Positions 1 through 8,064 of a DNA stretch of 64,000 nucleotides are shown in pieces. Position 1 is the first letter of the stretch. Each line of letters begins with the position of its first letter. Location of the stretch: assembly GCA_022703765.1 (NCBI GenBank), contig JAKJHQ010000001.1, positions 81,854-145,853 of the forward strand, given 5' to 3'. The DNA comes from Candidatus Wallbacteria bacterium (GTDB taxonomy: Bacteria; Muiribacteriota; UBA9980). A program made the translations under genes and the position numbers. The notes below the pieces were generated by a model, which worked only from the letters and a program-made list of their open reading frames with translations, was not told the DNA's origin and did no database searches.

Positions 1-174
1 AAGTTTTACGGCTATATCGGCCAGGCAAGCCTTGTTTAAATATTCGTTACTGGTATAATGTATCCGTTTGGTTCCCACGAATTGAAAAACGGCTACCGAA
101 AGTAAAAAGCATACTATCGTCAGAGCGAATATTATTTCTATTAAAGAAAGGCCTTTATAATTAATCGATTTCAT
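1..174 (-). CDS. Pseudopilin/type IV pilin-like protein (partial; the gene runs past the start of the window)
   Basis: Minus-strand translation from the ATG at 174 gives MKSINYKGLSLIEIIFALTIVCFLL..., a prepilin-type G-(F/L)SLIE cleavage/methylation motif followed by a hydrophobic helix. The reading frame is still open at position 1. Confidence 0.5.
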   Translation of the reverse strand, partial: MKSINYKGLSLIEIIFALTIVCFLLSVAVFQFVGTKRIHYTSNEYLNKACLADIAVKL

Positions 175-197
175 TTTTCCGCCTTTTTGCGGCACGG

Positions 198-980
198 CTA
201 TTTTCCCTTTCCGCCGCCTTTGCCGCCGCCTTTGCCGCCGCCTTTGCCGCCGCCCTTTCCTTTGTCGTCGCCTTTGCCCTTACCTCTGCCCATAATTTTT
301 TTACGGTCTTCACGGCTCAATTTTACGCGGCGCTCGACTTCGTTTTCAAATGAAAGCGAGCCGCCTAAGGATTTTTTAATATCCTGGCCTATTTTTTTCT
401 GCTTGTTCCCGCTTTCGGAATAAAAAAAAGTTATAGTTTCGCCCAGCGAATCCAGAAGGTCGCGCTTATAAAGATCGTAATAAGTATGGGTGCAAATCAC
501 ATCGTTTTTAAGCATGGAAACTTTCAGCGTTATATTTACGCAGATTATTATAACCCTCATCCCTTCGATAGTTTCCGACTCTATATATCCGTCGAACCCT
601 ACCGTATTTTTAAGAACCGGGTCGTTTTCTATTATGCGCTTAATGGATTTTTTCATCAATTCGACCGGATACGCGCATACGCCGCCTGCTTCGGAGCTGA
701 AAATCTGGCGGTCCTTATAGAACCTGGCGTCCCATGAATAAGCGAACGATTCCGAAAGCAGGAACGTGTGAATGGCCTCCGAAAGGCATTCGGCTTTGAT
801 GTTGAATATAAATTTAGAAGCCTGTCCGGTTTCTTCGCGCGTTATAAAAGTAAGCGAAGCGAGGCCTATGAATAAAACAGCGGCCATGCCGATAACAAGG
901 GCAAGGGCCATGCCGCGCCGCCCGGTTTTAACTCCGGCGGTATATTTTTTAAAACTCTTATCACATAGAAGAGTTGACAT
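198..980 (-). CDS. GspK-like pseudopilin/secretion protein with a C-terminal Gly-Lys low-complexity tail
   Basis: The N-terminus (RRGMALALVIGMAAVLFIGLASL) is basic then hydrophobic, like GspK. The C-terminus is KGKGGGKGGGKGGGKGGGKGK, encoded by tandem GCCGCCTTT-type repeats at 198-290. It sits between two pseudopilin genes. Confidence 0.4.
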   Translation of the reverse strand: MSTLLCDKSFKKYTAGVKTGRRGMALALVIGMAAVLFIGLASLTFITREETGQASKFIFNIKAECLSEAIHTFLLSESFAYSWDARFYKDRQIFSSEAGGVCAYPVELMKKSIKRIIENDPVLKNTVGFDGYIESETIEGMRVIIICVNITLKVSMLKNDVICTHTYYDLYKRDLLDSLGETITFFYSESGNKQKKIGQDIKKSLGGSLSFENEVERRVKLSREDRKKIMGRGKGKGDDKGKGGGKGGGKGGGKGGGKGK

Positions 981-1530
981 TTTTAAACCTCACAACGAAT
1001 ATGCTTCCGCTGTAATCTTTTTCGCCGCTATTTTTAAATTTGATTCCTACCATCAGAGCCCCGTAACTTAAAGCCGTAAAATTAACGCTTTCTACGTTTT
1101 TTATAAAAACCGGATAAATTTCTTCATCGGCCTTTTCGAGCGCGCCCGCCGCGTCGAAAGAAGCGAGGGCCCCGTTTTCGGCCTTTAAAACCACTATTCT
1201 GCCGTCAAGCTCGCGGAATTTCACATATCCGAGAGTTTTAACCGGAGCCGGTTCCAGTATTTCAACCGCTCTGGCAAGCCTTTTTTCTAAAAGCTGGTCA
1301 GCCGTCCTGTAAACTCTTTGCACAGCCACTTCTTCATTGAGGCCCGGAATTTTTTTAGAAAAATAATTAAAAATATAAAAACCTACGGTTATTACCATTG
1401 AAAAAAGCGCAATGGATATCAGGGTCTCAACCAGAGTAAAAGCCCTGCGGCCGGCGCCGCGCCGTTTGCAGCAGGCAATACTGCATGTTTTTTCGTTTGT
1501 TTTAGCGATTTTCATAAAATCAATAACCAT
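961..1530 (-). CDS. Prepilin-type N-terminal cleavage/methylation domain protein (T2SS/T4P pseudopilin)
   Basis: The motif RAFTLVETLISIALFSMVI is a G/A-FTLxE prepilin signature followed by a TM helix. The leader before the motif is unusually long, so the true start is uncertain. Confidence 0.55.
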   Translation of the reverse strand: MVIDFMKIAKTNEKTCSIACCKRRGAGRRAFTLVETLISIALFSMVITVGFYIFNYFSKKIPGLNEEVAVQRVYRTADQLLEKRLARAVEILEPAPVKTLGYVKFRELDGRIVVLKAENGALASFDAAGALEKADEEIYPVFIKNVESVNFTALSYGALMVGIKFKNSGEKDYSGSIFVVRFKNVNSSM

Positions 1531-1552
1531 CGTTTAAATTTTTACGCCGTTT

Positions 1553-2281
1553 TCATTGTTTTAATAGCTTATAACTGACCGCTTTTAAAATAACGGGATT
1601 GATATTATCGTTATGTAATATTTCAGCCGTCAGTTCTATTTTAGAACCCAAAGTGAAGTCTATTTTCATATCGTCGGCGAAAATTATTTTACAAAAATCG
1701 CCGTATGAGTTCAAATTTATTCCGGCTTCGCGCTTTATTGAATTATAGGCGCTGACGATCCCGGTTATTTTTACTGTCGGAACGCCTTTCGCGTCGTAGG
1801 TGATAACGTTGGCGGGCGATACGGGCTGCGATGCCGTTTTATTTTTTTTGCCCGCCGTACTGGAGTTTTTAGCTTTATTATCGACTTCGCCGCGGTTAAT
1901 AAAAACAATCGTCATGGAAGATGTTACCATAAAAGCGGCAAGCACGATAATCCATAAAGCGTAATTAGTGCCGACTTTCGGCTGGCCGCCTGAAATAATT
2001 TCTTCAAAGCGTCCGGGACGTTTTTCTTTTATAGCTTCCAGGGCTTTTTTTACCGAATACCTTACAAGGTTATCCCGGTGGTTGAGATACCCCGTTAAAA
2101 TTTTAACGGCCCGTTCGTCTGCGAGCTCGCACATTACCTGAAAAGCGTATTTTCTAACCCGTTCGTCCGGATTTCCAAGAGAAACTATCAGAGTTTGAAT
2201 ATATTGCTCAGGCCCCGAAGAAAGTTCGTCAAAATTTATCTCAGTAAATGAAATTTGATCTTCGTTTTCAGTTTCTTTCAT
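1553..2281 (-). CDS. HEAT-repeat/TM protein of unknown function (pilus or secretion accessory?)
   Basis: The N-terminal region is HEAT-like (RVRKYAFQVMCELADERAVKILTGYL). There is one TM segment (ALWIIVLAAFMVTSSMTIVFI) and a C-terminal domain. It lies in the same operon orientation as the pseudopilins. Confidence 0.3.
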   Translation of the reverse strand: MKETENEDQISFTEINFDELSSGPEQYIQTLIVSLGNPDERVRKYAFQVMCELADERAVKILTGYLNHRDNLVRYSVKKALEAIKEKRPGRFEEIISGGQPKVGTNYALWIIVLAAFMVTSSMTIVFINRGEVDNKAKNSSTAGKKNKTASQPVSPANVITYDAKGVPTVKITGIVSAYNSIKREAGINLNSYGDFCKIIFADDMKIDFTLGSKIELTAEILHNDNINPVILKAVSYKLLKQ

Positions 2282-2521
2282 TATCAGTCACAATTTCGTA
2301 AAATAATTTCCTTATATATATCTTACATCAAATTCTCGTTTTTTTCAATATTTTAAAGGATTATTAAAAACATTTGCCTTAATGAATCCAATCAAAATAC
2401 CTCCATTATCGAATTCATTGATTAATCAAAACTCAAAACTTTCATTTTTCTTGTGTATAGATATTTTTTTCACCTTTTATAAAAAAAACCTAATTTTTTC
2501 AAAATTTTTATCGAAATTTAC

Positions 2522-2550
2522 TTGACATAAAAGAAGAAAAGTTGTATCAT
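2522..2550 (+). promoter_or_regulatory. Candidate sigma70 promoter (TTGACA-17-TATCAT) upstream of rex::hydC
   Basis: TTGACA at 2522-2527, a 17-nt spacer, then TATCAT at 2545-2550, about 45 nt upstream of the ATG at 2596. The surrounding region is AT-rich. Confidence 0.4.
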
Positions 2551-2595
2551 TTTATTAGTGAAAAAAATAACTAATCTTAAAGAGGGCTAAACGAT

Positions 2596-3765
2596 ATGGA
2601 TTTCAGTCTCAGAATCGTTGAAAGATTGCCCAAGTACCTTCAACTGGCGTGTCATTTAAAAGAGCTTGGCCATAAATACATAAGCTCGTCGATTCTTTCA
2701 AAACATTTTTTCATAGACCAGAATAACATAAAAAAGGACCTTTCATTTCTTAATTTAAATGGAAAGCCTAATAAGGGTTATGAAATTAACGAGTTTATTT
2801 CGGCCGTTAAAATGGTCCTGGGCACGACGACGGTCAACAAGGCTATTGTCGTAGGTTCGGGAAACCTGGGCCGGGCGGTCAGCAATTATTCCAATTTTAC
2901 GGACTACGGCCTTAAAATAGTGGCCATGTTCGATGACTCGCCCGAAAAAATAGGAGGTTCGGTAGAAAATTTTAAAATATTACCGCTTGACAATCTTTCA
3001 GAAGTAATTACCAAACTTGGCGTCAAACTCGCCATACTCACGGTGCCGGCAAAGAGCGCGGCAAAAGTGGCCGGTAAATTGTACGATCTCGGTATCAGAT
3101 ATTTCTGGAATTTCGCTCCCGTCCATTTAAAACTGCCGGACGACGCGATAATCAAAAACGAGAATTTAGCAGCGAGTTACATGTTTTTGTCATACCAGAT
3201 AAACCTAAACACTTATAGAAATAATGGAGGTAAAATCGAAATGGTTAACGGCGACATCGAAAAACGCATTTACGAAGCGTTTAACAAATACGCGAAATCA
3301 CGCGATAATTTAATCCCCATTCTGCAGGACGTCCAGGATATCAGAGGCTATATTTCAAAAGAAGACATAAGAAAGATATCCGATTATCTCAACATAGCCG
3401 ACTCTAAAGTTTACGGCGTTGCCACCTTTTACAACCAGTTTAAGCTCACGCAGCCCGGTCACTATCAGATTTCCGTTTGCCGCGGCACCGCATGCCACGT
3501 AAAAGGCTCTCTCAATATTATTAATTCATTAAAAGACCATTTGAAGGTCGAAATAGGCCAGACTACCCGTGATAAAATATTCTCGCTCCAGCAGGTTGCC
3601 TGCCTCGGCGCATGCTCCATCGCTCCGGTAATAATGATAAACGATAAATTTTACGGCCACCTCGACGTATCTAAAACCCTTGCGATAGTAGATAAATTAA
3701 AAGCCGACTACCTCAGCGAAAAAGAAGCCGGAAAAACTCCCGCTGTAAGCATGGCAGGACAATAA
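2596..3765 (+). CDS. Redox-sensing repressor Rex fused in frame to the NuoE-like [2Fe-2S] HydC (gamma) subunit of the bifurcating [FeFe]-hydrogenase
   Basis: Residues ~1-205 carry the Rex winged-helix plus Rossmann fold (VVGSGNLGRAV, ILTVPA, RYFWNFAP, SYMFLSYQ). Residues ~216-389 are NuoE/HndA-like with a thioredoxin-like fold and a 4-Cys [2Fe-2S] motif (CRGTACH...CLGACSIAP). A GGAGG at 3226-3230 sits 10 nt before an internal ATG at 3241 (MVNGDIEKR...). Confidence 0.7.
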   Translation: MDFSLRIVERLPKYLQLACHLKELGHKYISSSILSKHFFIDQNNIKKDLSFLNLNGKPNKGYEINEFISAVKMVLGTTTVNKAIVVGSGNLGRAVSNYSNFTDYGLKIVAMFDDSPEKIGGSVENFKILPLDNLSEVITKLGVKLAILTVPAKSAAKVAGKLYDLGIRYFWNFAPVHLKLPDDAIIKNENLAASYMFLSYQINLNTYRNNGGKIEMVNGDIEKRIYEAFNKYAKSRDNLIPILQDVQDIRGYISKEDIRKISDYLNIADSKVYGVATFYNQFKLTQPGHYQISVCRGTACHVKGSLNIINSLKDHLKVEIGQTTRDKIFSLQQVACLGACSIAPVIMINDKFYGHLDVSKTLAIVDKLKADYLSEKEAGKTPAVSMAGQ

Positions 3766-3846
3766 ATTTCAATCGCCGGTAACGGAAAAATTCTCGATTA
3801 CTAATTCTTAACTCGAATTAATAATTAATCTGGAGGAATTTCAGTC

Positions 3847-5667
3847 ATGAGTAAAGTTAAAGTGTATATAGGTATGGGCACCTGCGGCCTCGCCCAGGGC
3901 GCACTTGAAATAAAAAAAACCATCGAAGATTTTTTAGACACAAGAAAAATAAATTTTGAAATCGTTCCCGTGGGATGCATCGGCTATTGCTCGCGCGAAG
4001 TCATGGTAGATTTCGAATTCGAATCGATGCCGAGAATATCCTACTGCGAAATTACCCCGCAAAACACGGTAGAGTTCCTCATCGAATTAATCGACAATAA
4101 AAATTATTCGAATAAATGGCTGCTCGGCACATATAAAAAATCGCCCAACCTCGTCTGCCTTTATGAAACGCCTTATTTCGTAAAACAAAAAAGGGTCGCC
4201 CTCGAAAATTGCGGAATAATAAATCCTTATTCCATAGACGAATATTCGGCCGTCCACGGCTTCGTGGCCCTGAAAAAAGTCCTTTCCGCAATGAAACCCG
4301 AAGACGTAATAGACGAAATTAAAAAATCAGGCTTAAGAGGACGCGGCGGCGGCGGATTTCCGACCGCAATCAAATGGGAGCTCGCGTTCAAGCAGCCCGG
4401 CACTAAGAAATATATAGTAATGAACGCCGACGAAGGCGATCCGGGCGCGTTCATGGACCGCGCCATCCTCGAAAGCGATCCGTTCAGAGTTATCGAAGGC
4501 ATAACCATCGGCGCTTACGCCACAGGCGCTTCGGCCGGCTATATTTACGCCAGGGCCGAATATCCGCTCGCCATAGAAAGACTCGAAAACGCCATAAAAA
4601 TATGCAAAGAAAAAGGATATCTCGGCAAGAATATAATGAATTCTAAGTTTTCCTTCGACCTTAAAGTAAAAAAAGGCGCCGGCGCTTTCGTTTGCGGCGA
4701 AGAAACCGCTCTTCTCGCCTCCATAGAAGGCAAACGCGGCATGCCCACTCCGCGCCCTCCTTACCCCGCTGAAAAAGGCCTTTTTGGAAAACCCACGGTC
4801 ATAAATAACGTCGAAACGTTCGCCAACGTCCCCTGGATATTGCGCGAAGGCTCCGATAAATTCGCGGCTTACGGCGTCGGCAATTCGCGCGGCACCAAAG
4901 TTTTCGCGGTAACCGGAAGAGTGAAATATTCCGGCCTGATAGAAGTCCCTATGGGCATAACCCTTAAAGAGCTCATCTACGACATCGCCGGCGGCGTTCC
5001 GGAAGGACGCAAATTCAAAGCCGTACAGATAGGCGGCCCCTCCGGCGCGTGCATGCCCGAAAAACTCATGGACACCAAAATCACATACGAAGAACTTAAA
5101 GCCAACGGCGCTATGATGGGCTCCGGCGGCATGGTAGTAATGGACGACACGACCTGCATGGTCGATGTGGCGCGCTTTTTCATGAATTTCATCCAGACCG
5201 AATCCTGCGGAAAATGCATTCCATGCCGCGAAGGCACGAAGCGCCTCTATGAAATACTCGACAGGATAGTTTTAAATACGTCCAACCAGAAAAAATCTTC
5301 AGACGAACTGCTCAGATTCAAAGGCGTCCTCGAACTCGAAGAGCTCTGCTCCGTTATAAAAAACAGTTCCCTGTGCGGCCTCGGACAGACGGCGAGCAAT
5401 CCCGTATTATCGACTCTCAAACACTTCAGAGACGAATATGAAGCTCACATATTTGAAAAGAAATGCCCGACGCACGTCTGCTCGTCGATGGTCAAATGCT
5501 CGATCATCAGCGAAAAATGCAAAGGCTGCAGCCTTTGCGCGAGAAAATGCCCTCACGGCGCCATTTACGGCAAACCCGGTTCGCCTTACCTTATAGCGGC
5601 AGACAAATGCACCGGATGCCTTGTGTGCATCAGCACATGCAAATTCTCAGCTATCGTAAAGGAGTGA
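3847..5667 (+). CDS. hydB: [FeFe]-hydrogenase flavoprotein subunit HydB (NuoF-like, NADH/FMN-binding, extra Fe-S domains)
   Basis: N-terminal thioredoxin-like [2Fe-2S] (GMGTCGLAQGA), the NuoF core (GLRGRGGGGFPTAIKWE; GKCIPCREG) and two C-terminal [4Fe-4S] ferredoxin motifs (CKGCSLCARKCP; CTGCLVCISTC). A GGAGG RBS precedes the start. Confidence 0.85.
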   Translation: MSKVKVYIGMGTCGLAQGALEIKKTIEDFLDTRKINFEIVPVGCIGYCSREVMVDFEFESMPRISYCEITPQNTVEFLIELIDNKNYSNKWLLGTYKKSPNLVCLYETPYFVKQKRVALENCGIINPYSIDEYSAVHGFVALKKVLSAMKPEDVIDEIKKSGLRGRGGGGFPTAIKWELAFKQPGTKKYIVMNADEGDPGAFMDRAILESDPFRVIEGITIGAYATGASAGYIYARAEYPLAIERLENAIKICKEKGYLGKNIMNSKFSFDLKVKKGAGAFVCGEETALLASIEGKRGMPTPRPPYPAEKGLFGKPTVINNVETFANVPWILREGSDKFAAYGVGNSRGTKVFAVTGRVKYSGLIEVPMGITLKELIYDIAGGVPEGRKFKAVQIGGPSGACMPEKLMDTKITYEELKANGAMMGSGGMVVMDDTTCMVDVARFFMNFIQTESCGKCIPCREGTKRLYEILDRIVLNTSNQKKSSDELLRFKGVLELEELCSVIKNSSLCGLGQTASNPVLSTLKHFRDEYEAHIFEKKCPTHVCSSMVKCSIISEKCKGCSLCARKCPHGAIYGKPGSPYLIAADKCTGCLVCISTCKFSAIVKE

Positions 5668-5673
5668 TTTTTC

Positions 5674-7395
5674 GTGAAAACAAAGTTAAAAATGACCATA
5701 AATAATAAAGAAGTAGATTTCATAAAAGGCGAAACCATCTATCAGGTGGCTAAAAAAGCCGGACTCTTCATACCCACTCTCTGCTATATGGAAGGCTACA
5801 AGCCTTCCGGCGCATGCCGCATCTGCGTAGTGGAAGACGTAAAAACCGGAAGGCTTATAGCGTCGTGCTCGTATCCCGCCGAAAGCGGCATGGAAGTGCG
5901 CACCGATTCGCCCCAGGTAAGAATGTCGCGTAAAAAAATCATCGAGCTCCTGCTTTCCAACCATCCGCAGGACTGCCTCACATGCACCAAGAGCGGCGCC
6001 TGCCTTCTTCAGAACCTTTCCAAGCAGTACGGCGTGGATGAAATAGCTTTCCAGGGCGGAGCTAAAAAGAAAGCCGTAATCGATAAAGCTTCCCCGTCGG
6101 TAGAGCGCGATATGGCCAAATGCATTCTCTGCGGCCGCTGCGTAACGGTCTGCTCCGAAAAGCAGGGAGTTTCCGCCATAGATTTCTCGCACCGCGGATT
6201 CAGCACCCAGGTCGCTCCCGGAAGTTTTAAATCCCTCGCGGAAGGCAACTGCGTTTCATGCGGCCAGTGCATCATGGCCTGCCCCGTAGGCGCGCTGCAT
6301 GAAATTTCGCACAAAAAACTCGTCATCGACGCTATTATAAACCCAAATAAAAAAGTGGCGCTTCAGTTCGCGCCCGCCTGCCAGATGACGTTTCCAGAAT
6401 ATTTCAAAAAATCCATATCGGTCGACGACGCAACGAAAAAGATCACAGGCGCGCTTCGCAGCATCGGCGTGAATTTCGTTTTCGACACCTGCACCGCGGC
6501 CGATATCACCATAGTCGAAGAAGCCAAAGAACTCGTGGAACGCCTTACCAAGAAAAACAAGCCGCTTCCCATGTTCACTTCCTGCTGCCCTGCATGGATA
6601 AACTTTATAGAAACCTTCTACCCAAAACACACCAAACATCTGTCCAGCTGCAAATCGCCGCATATGATGAAAGGCGCGCTCATCAAACATCTGAGCGAAA
6701 AGCTTTTAAAAACGAAAGCTAAAGACCTTTTCGTGGTATCGGTAATGCCCTGCGTCGCTAAAAAATCCGAAACAGGCCGTCCCCAGCTTGAAAACGAAGG
6801 CATGGCAAACGTGGACGCGGTTCTTACCACGCGCGAGCTGTTCTCGCTTCTGGATGAATTCGGCATACAGTACGAAAAAATACAGGATTCCGATTACGAC
6901 CGTCCTTTCGCCAACGCTTCCGGCGCAGGCAAGATATTCGGAGCGACCGGCGGAGTCATGGAAGCCGCCATCCGCACCGCGTATTACTACGTCACCGGCA
7001 AAGAGCTCGATAACGTGGATTACAAACCAGTGCGCGGCATGTCCGAAATAAAGCGCGCCACGGTAGATATAGCCGGAACGCAGGTAAACGTGGCCGTCGT
7101 CAACGGCCTCGGAAACGTCGTTGACATACTCGAAGACATTTCCGCGGGAAAATCCGATCTGCACTTCATCGAAGTTATGAGCTGCCCGTCGGGCTGCGTG
7201 GGCGGCGCGGGACAGCCATACAACACCGACGCGGAACTTCTCAAATCGCGTACAAAAACGACCTATAAAGAAGACGAAAATTCGAAAATCAGGCGTTCGC
7301 ACGAAAACCCGGACGTAATAGAACTGTACGACAAGCACATAAACGAGCACGAAGCGCACGATTTATTACATACAAGGTATAAGGGGGACAAATAA
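5674..7395 (+). CDS. hydA: [FeFe]-hydrogenase catalytic subunit HydA (M3-type, H-cluster)
   Basis: H-cluster signatures L1 TSCCPAW, L2 MPCVAKKSE and L3 EVMSCPSGCVGGAGQP. The N-terminus has a [2Fe-2S] ferredoxin fold (CRICVVE) and accessory [4Fe-4S] motifs. The GTG/ATG start is 7 nt after the hydB stop. Confidence 0.9.
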   Translation: MKTKLKMTINNKEVDFIKGETIYQVAKKAGLFIPTLCYMEGYKPSGACRICVVEDVKTGRLIASCSYPAESGMEVRTDSPQVRMSRKKIIELLLSNHPQDCLTCTKSGACLLQNLSKQYGVDEIAFQGGAKKKAVIDKASPSVERDMAKCILCGRCVTVCSEKQGVSAIDFSHRGFSTQVAPGSFKSLAEGNCVSCGQCIMACPVGALHEISHKKLVIDAIINPNKKVALQFAPACQMTFPEYFKKSISVDDATKKITGALRSIGVNFVFDTCTAADITIVEEAKELVERLTKKNKPLPMFTSCCPAWINFIETFYPKHTKHLSSCKSPHMMKGALIKHLSEKLLKTKAKDLFVVSVMPCVAKKSETGRPQLENEGMANVDAVLTTRELFSLLDEFGIQYEKIQDSDYDRPFANASGAGKIFGATGGVMEAAIRTAYYYVTGKELDNVDYKPVRGMSEIKRATVDIAGTQVNVAVVNGLGNVVDILEDISAGKSDLHFIEVMSCPSGCVGGAGQPYNTDAELLKSRTKTTYKEDENSKIRRSHENPDVIELYDKHINEHEAHDLLHTRYKGDK

Positions 7396-7799
7396 TGAAG
7401 AAGATATTGATAGTTGACGACGACGTCGACGTAAGAGAAATAATAACCGAAACTTTATCGTCTAACGGCTATTCTATCGAAGTAGCCGAAACAGGCGAAG
7501 AAGGCTGGGAAAAATTCGAAAAATTCAATCCTGATCTGGTCATACTCGACTTGATAATGGAAACTTACGACGCCGGCTTTATACTCGCTTATAAAATAAA
7601 GAAAGCCAGGCCCGAAGTTCCCGTAATACTGGCGACATCGGTAAACCAGGAATCAGAAATACAGTTCGATCTTAACGAAGCTAAAGAAAGACAGTGGATA
7701 AAAGCCGACATGTTCCTCGATAAACCCATCAACCCCGGTATTCTGGTTGAAAAAGTGAACAATATTTTAAACGCGCCGGCTAATAAATCGCACCATTAA
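7395..7799 (+). CDS. Single-domain response regulator (CheY-like receiver), translationally coupled to hydA
   Basis: Receiver residues are intact: DD (IVDDDVD), phospho-acceptor Asp (LVILDLIM), Thr (ILATSV) and the Lys-Pro (DKP). The ATG overlaps the hydA TAA as TAATG. Confidence 0.8.
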   Translation: MKKILIVDDDVDVREIITETLSSNGYSIEVAETGEEGWEKFEKFNPDLVILDLIMETYDAGFILAYKIKKARPEVPVILATSVNQESEIQFDLNEAKERQWIKADMFLDKPINPGILVEKVNNILNAPANKSHH

Positions 7800-7842
7800 A
7801 ATAATCTATTTGTCCGCCATTAACGGATAATGAAACCTTAGT

Positions 7843-7924
7843 CGAGAGTTGAGAGCCAGAGGATTTTTATAAGATAAAATACGCCTATTTTATCGGCTGA
7901 AAGTCCTTCAGCTCTCAACTCTCG
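7843..7924. other. Structured element: a 14-bp perfect inverted repeat (CGAGAGTTGAGAGC...GCTCTCAACTCTCG) enclosing a nested 9-bp hairpin
   Basis: Arms at 7843-7856 and 7911-7924. The inner hairpin is GATAAAATA-cgcc-TATTTTATC. It lies between the hydCBA-REC operon and hydS-HK. Confidence 0.5.
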
Positions 7925-7967
7925 GCTTTATCAGCCCGGCCCTTTAATAAAATCAATCCCGATATGG

Positions 7968-7996
7968 TTGTCAATAACCCGATAATATGATATACT
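7968..7996 (+). promoter_or_regulatory. Candidate promoter TTGTCA-17-TATACT upstream of hydS-HK
   Basis: TTGTCA at 7968-7973, a 17-nt spacer, then TATACT at 7991-7996, about 70 nt upstream of the start at 8065. Confidence 0.35.
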
Positions 7997-8064
7997 ATCT
8001 TTGAAGAATTAAATCCTGACCATTTTAATTATAATTCACCAAATTATTACTTATTATACGGCGG

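Noticed and set aside
187-423. 78-aa plus-strand ORF rich in PLPPP repeats
   Set aside because: It is the antisense reading of the (GGGK)n-coding repeats of the minus-strand GspK-like gene. No independent signals support it.
2418-2429. TTGATTAATCAA palindrome upstream of rex::hydC as a Rex operator
   Set aside because: It does not match the canonical TTGTGAA-N6-TTCACAA Rex box and lies in AT-rich DNA where such palindromes occur by chance. It is kept only as something to test by EMSA.
5686-7359. Multiple 60-217 aa minus-strand ORFs inside hydA, with similar ones inside hydB, the MurC-like gene and the ComEC gene
   Set aside because: All are fully embedded antisense to strongly supported genes. 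None has a motif or RBS.
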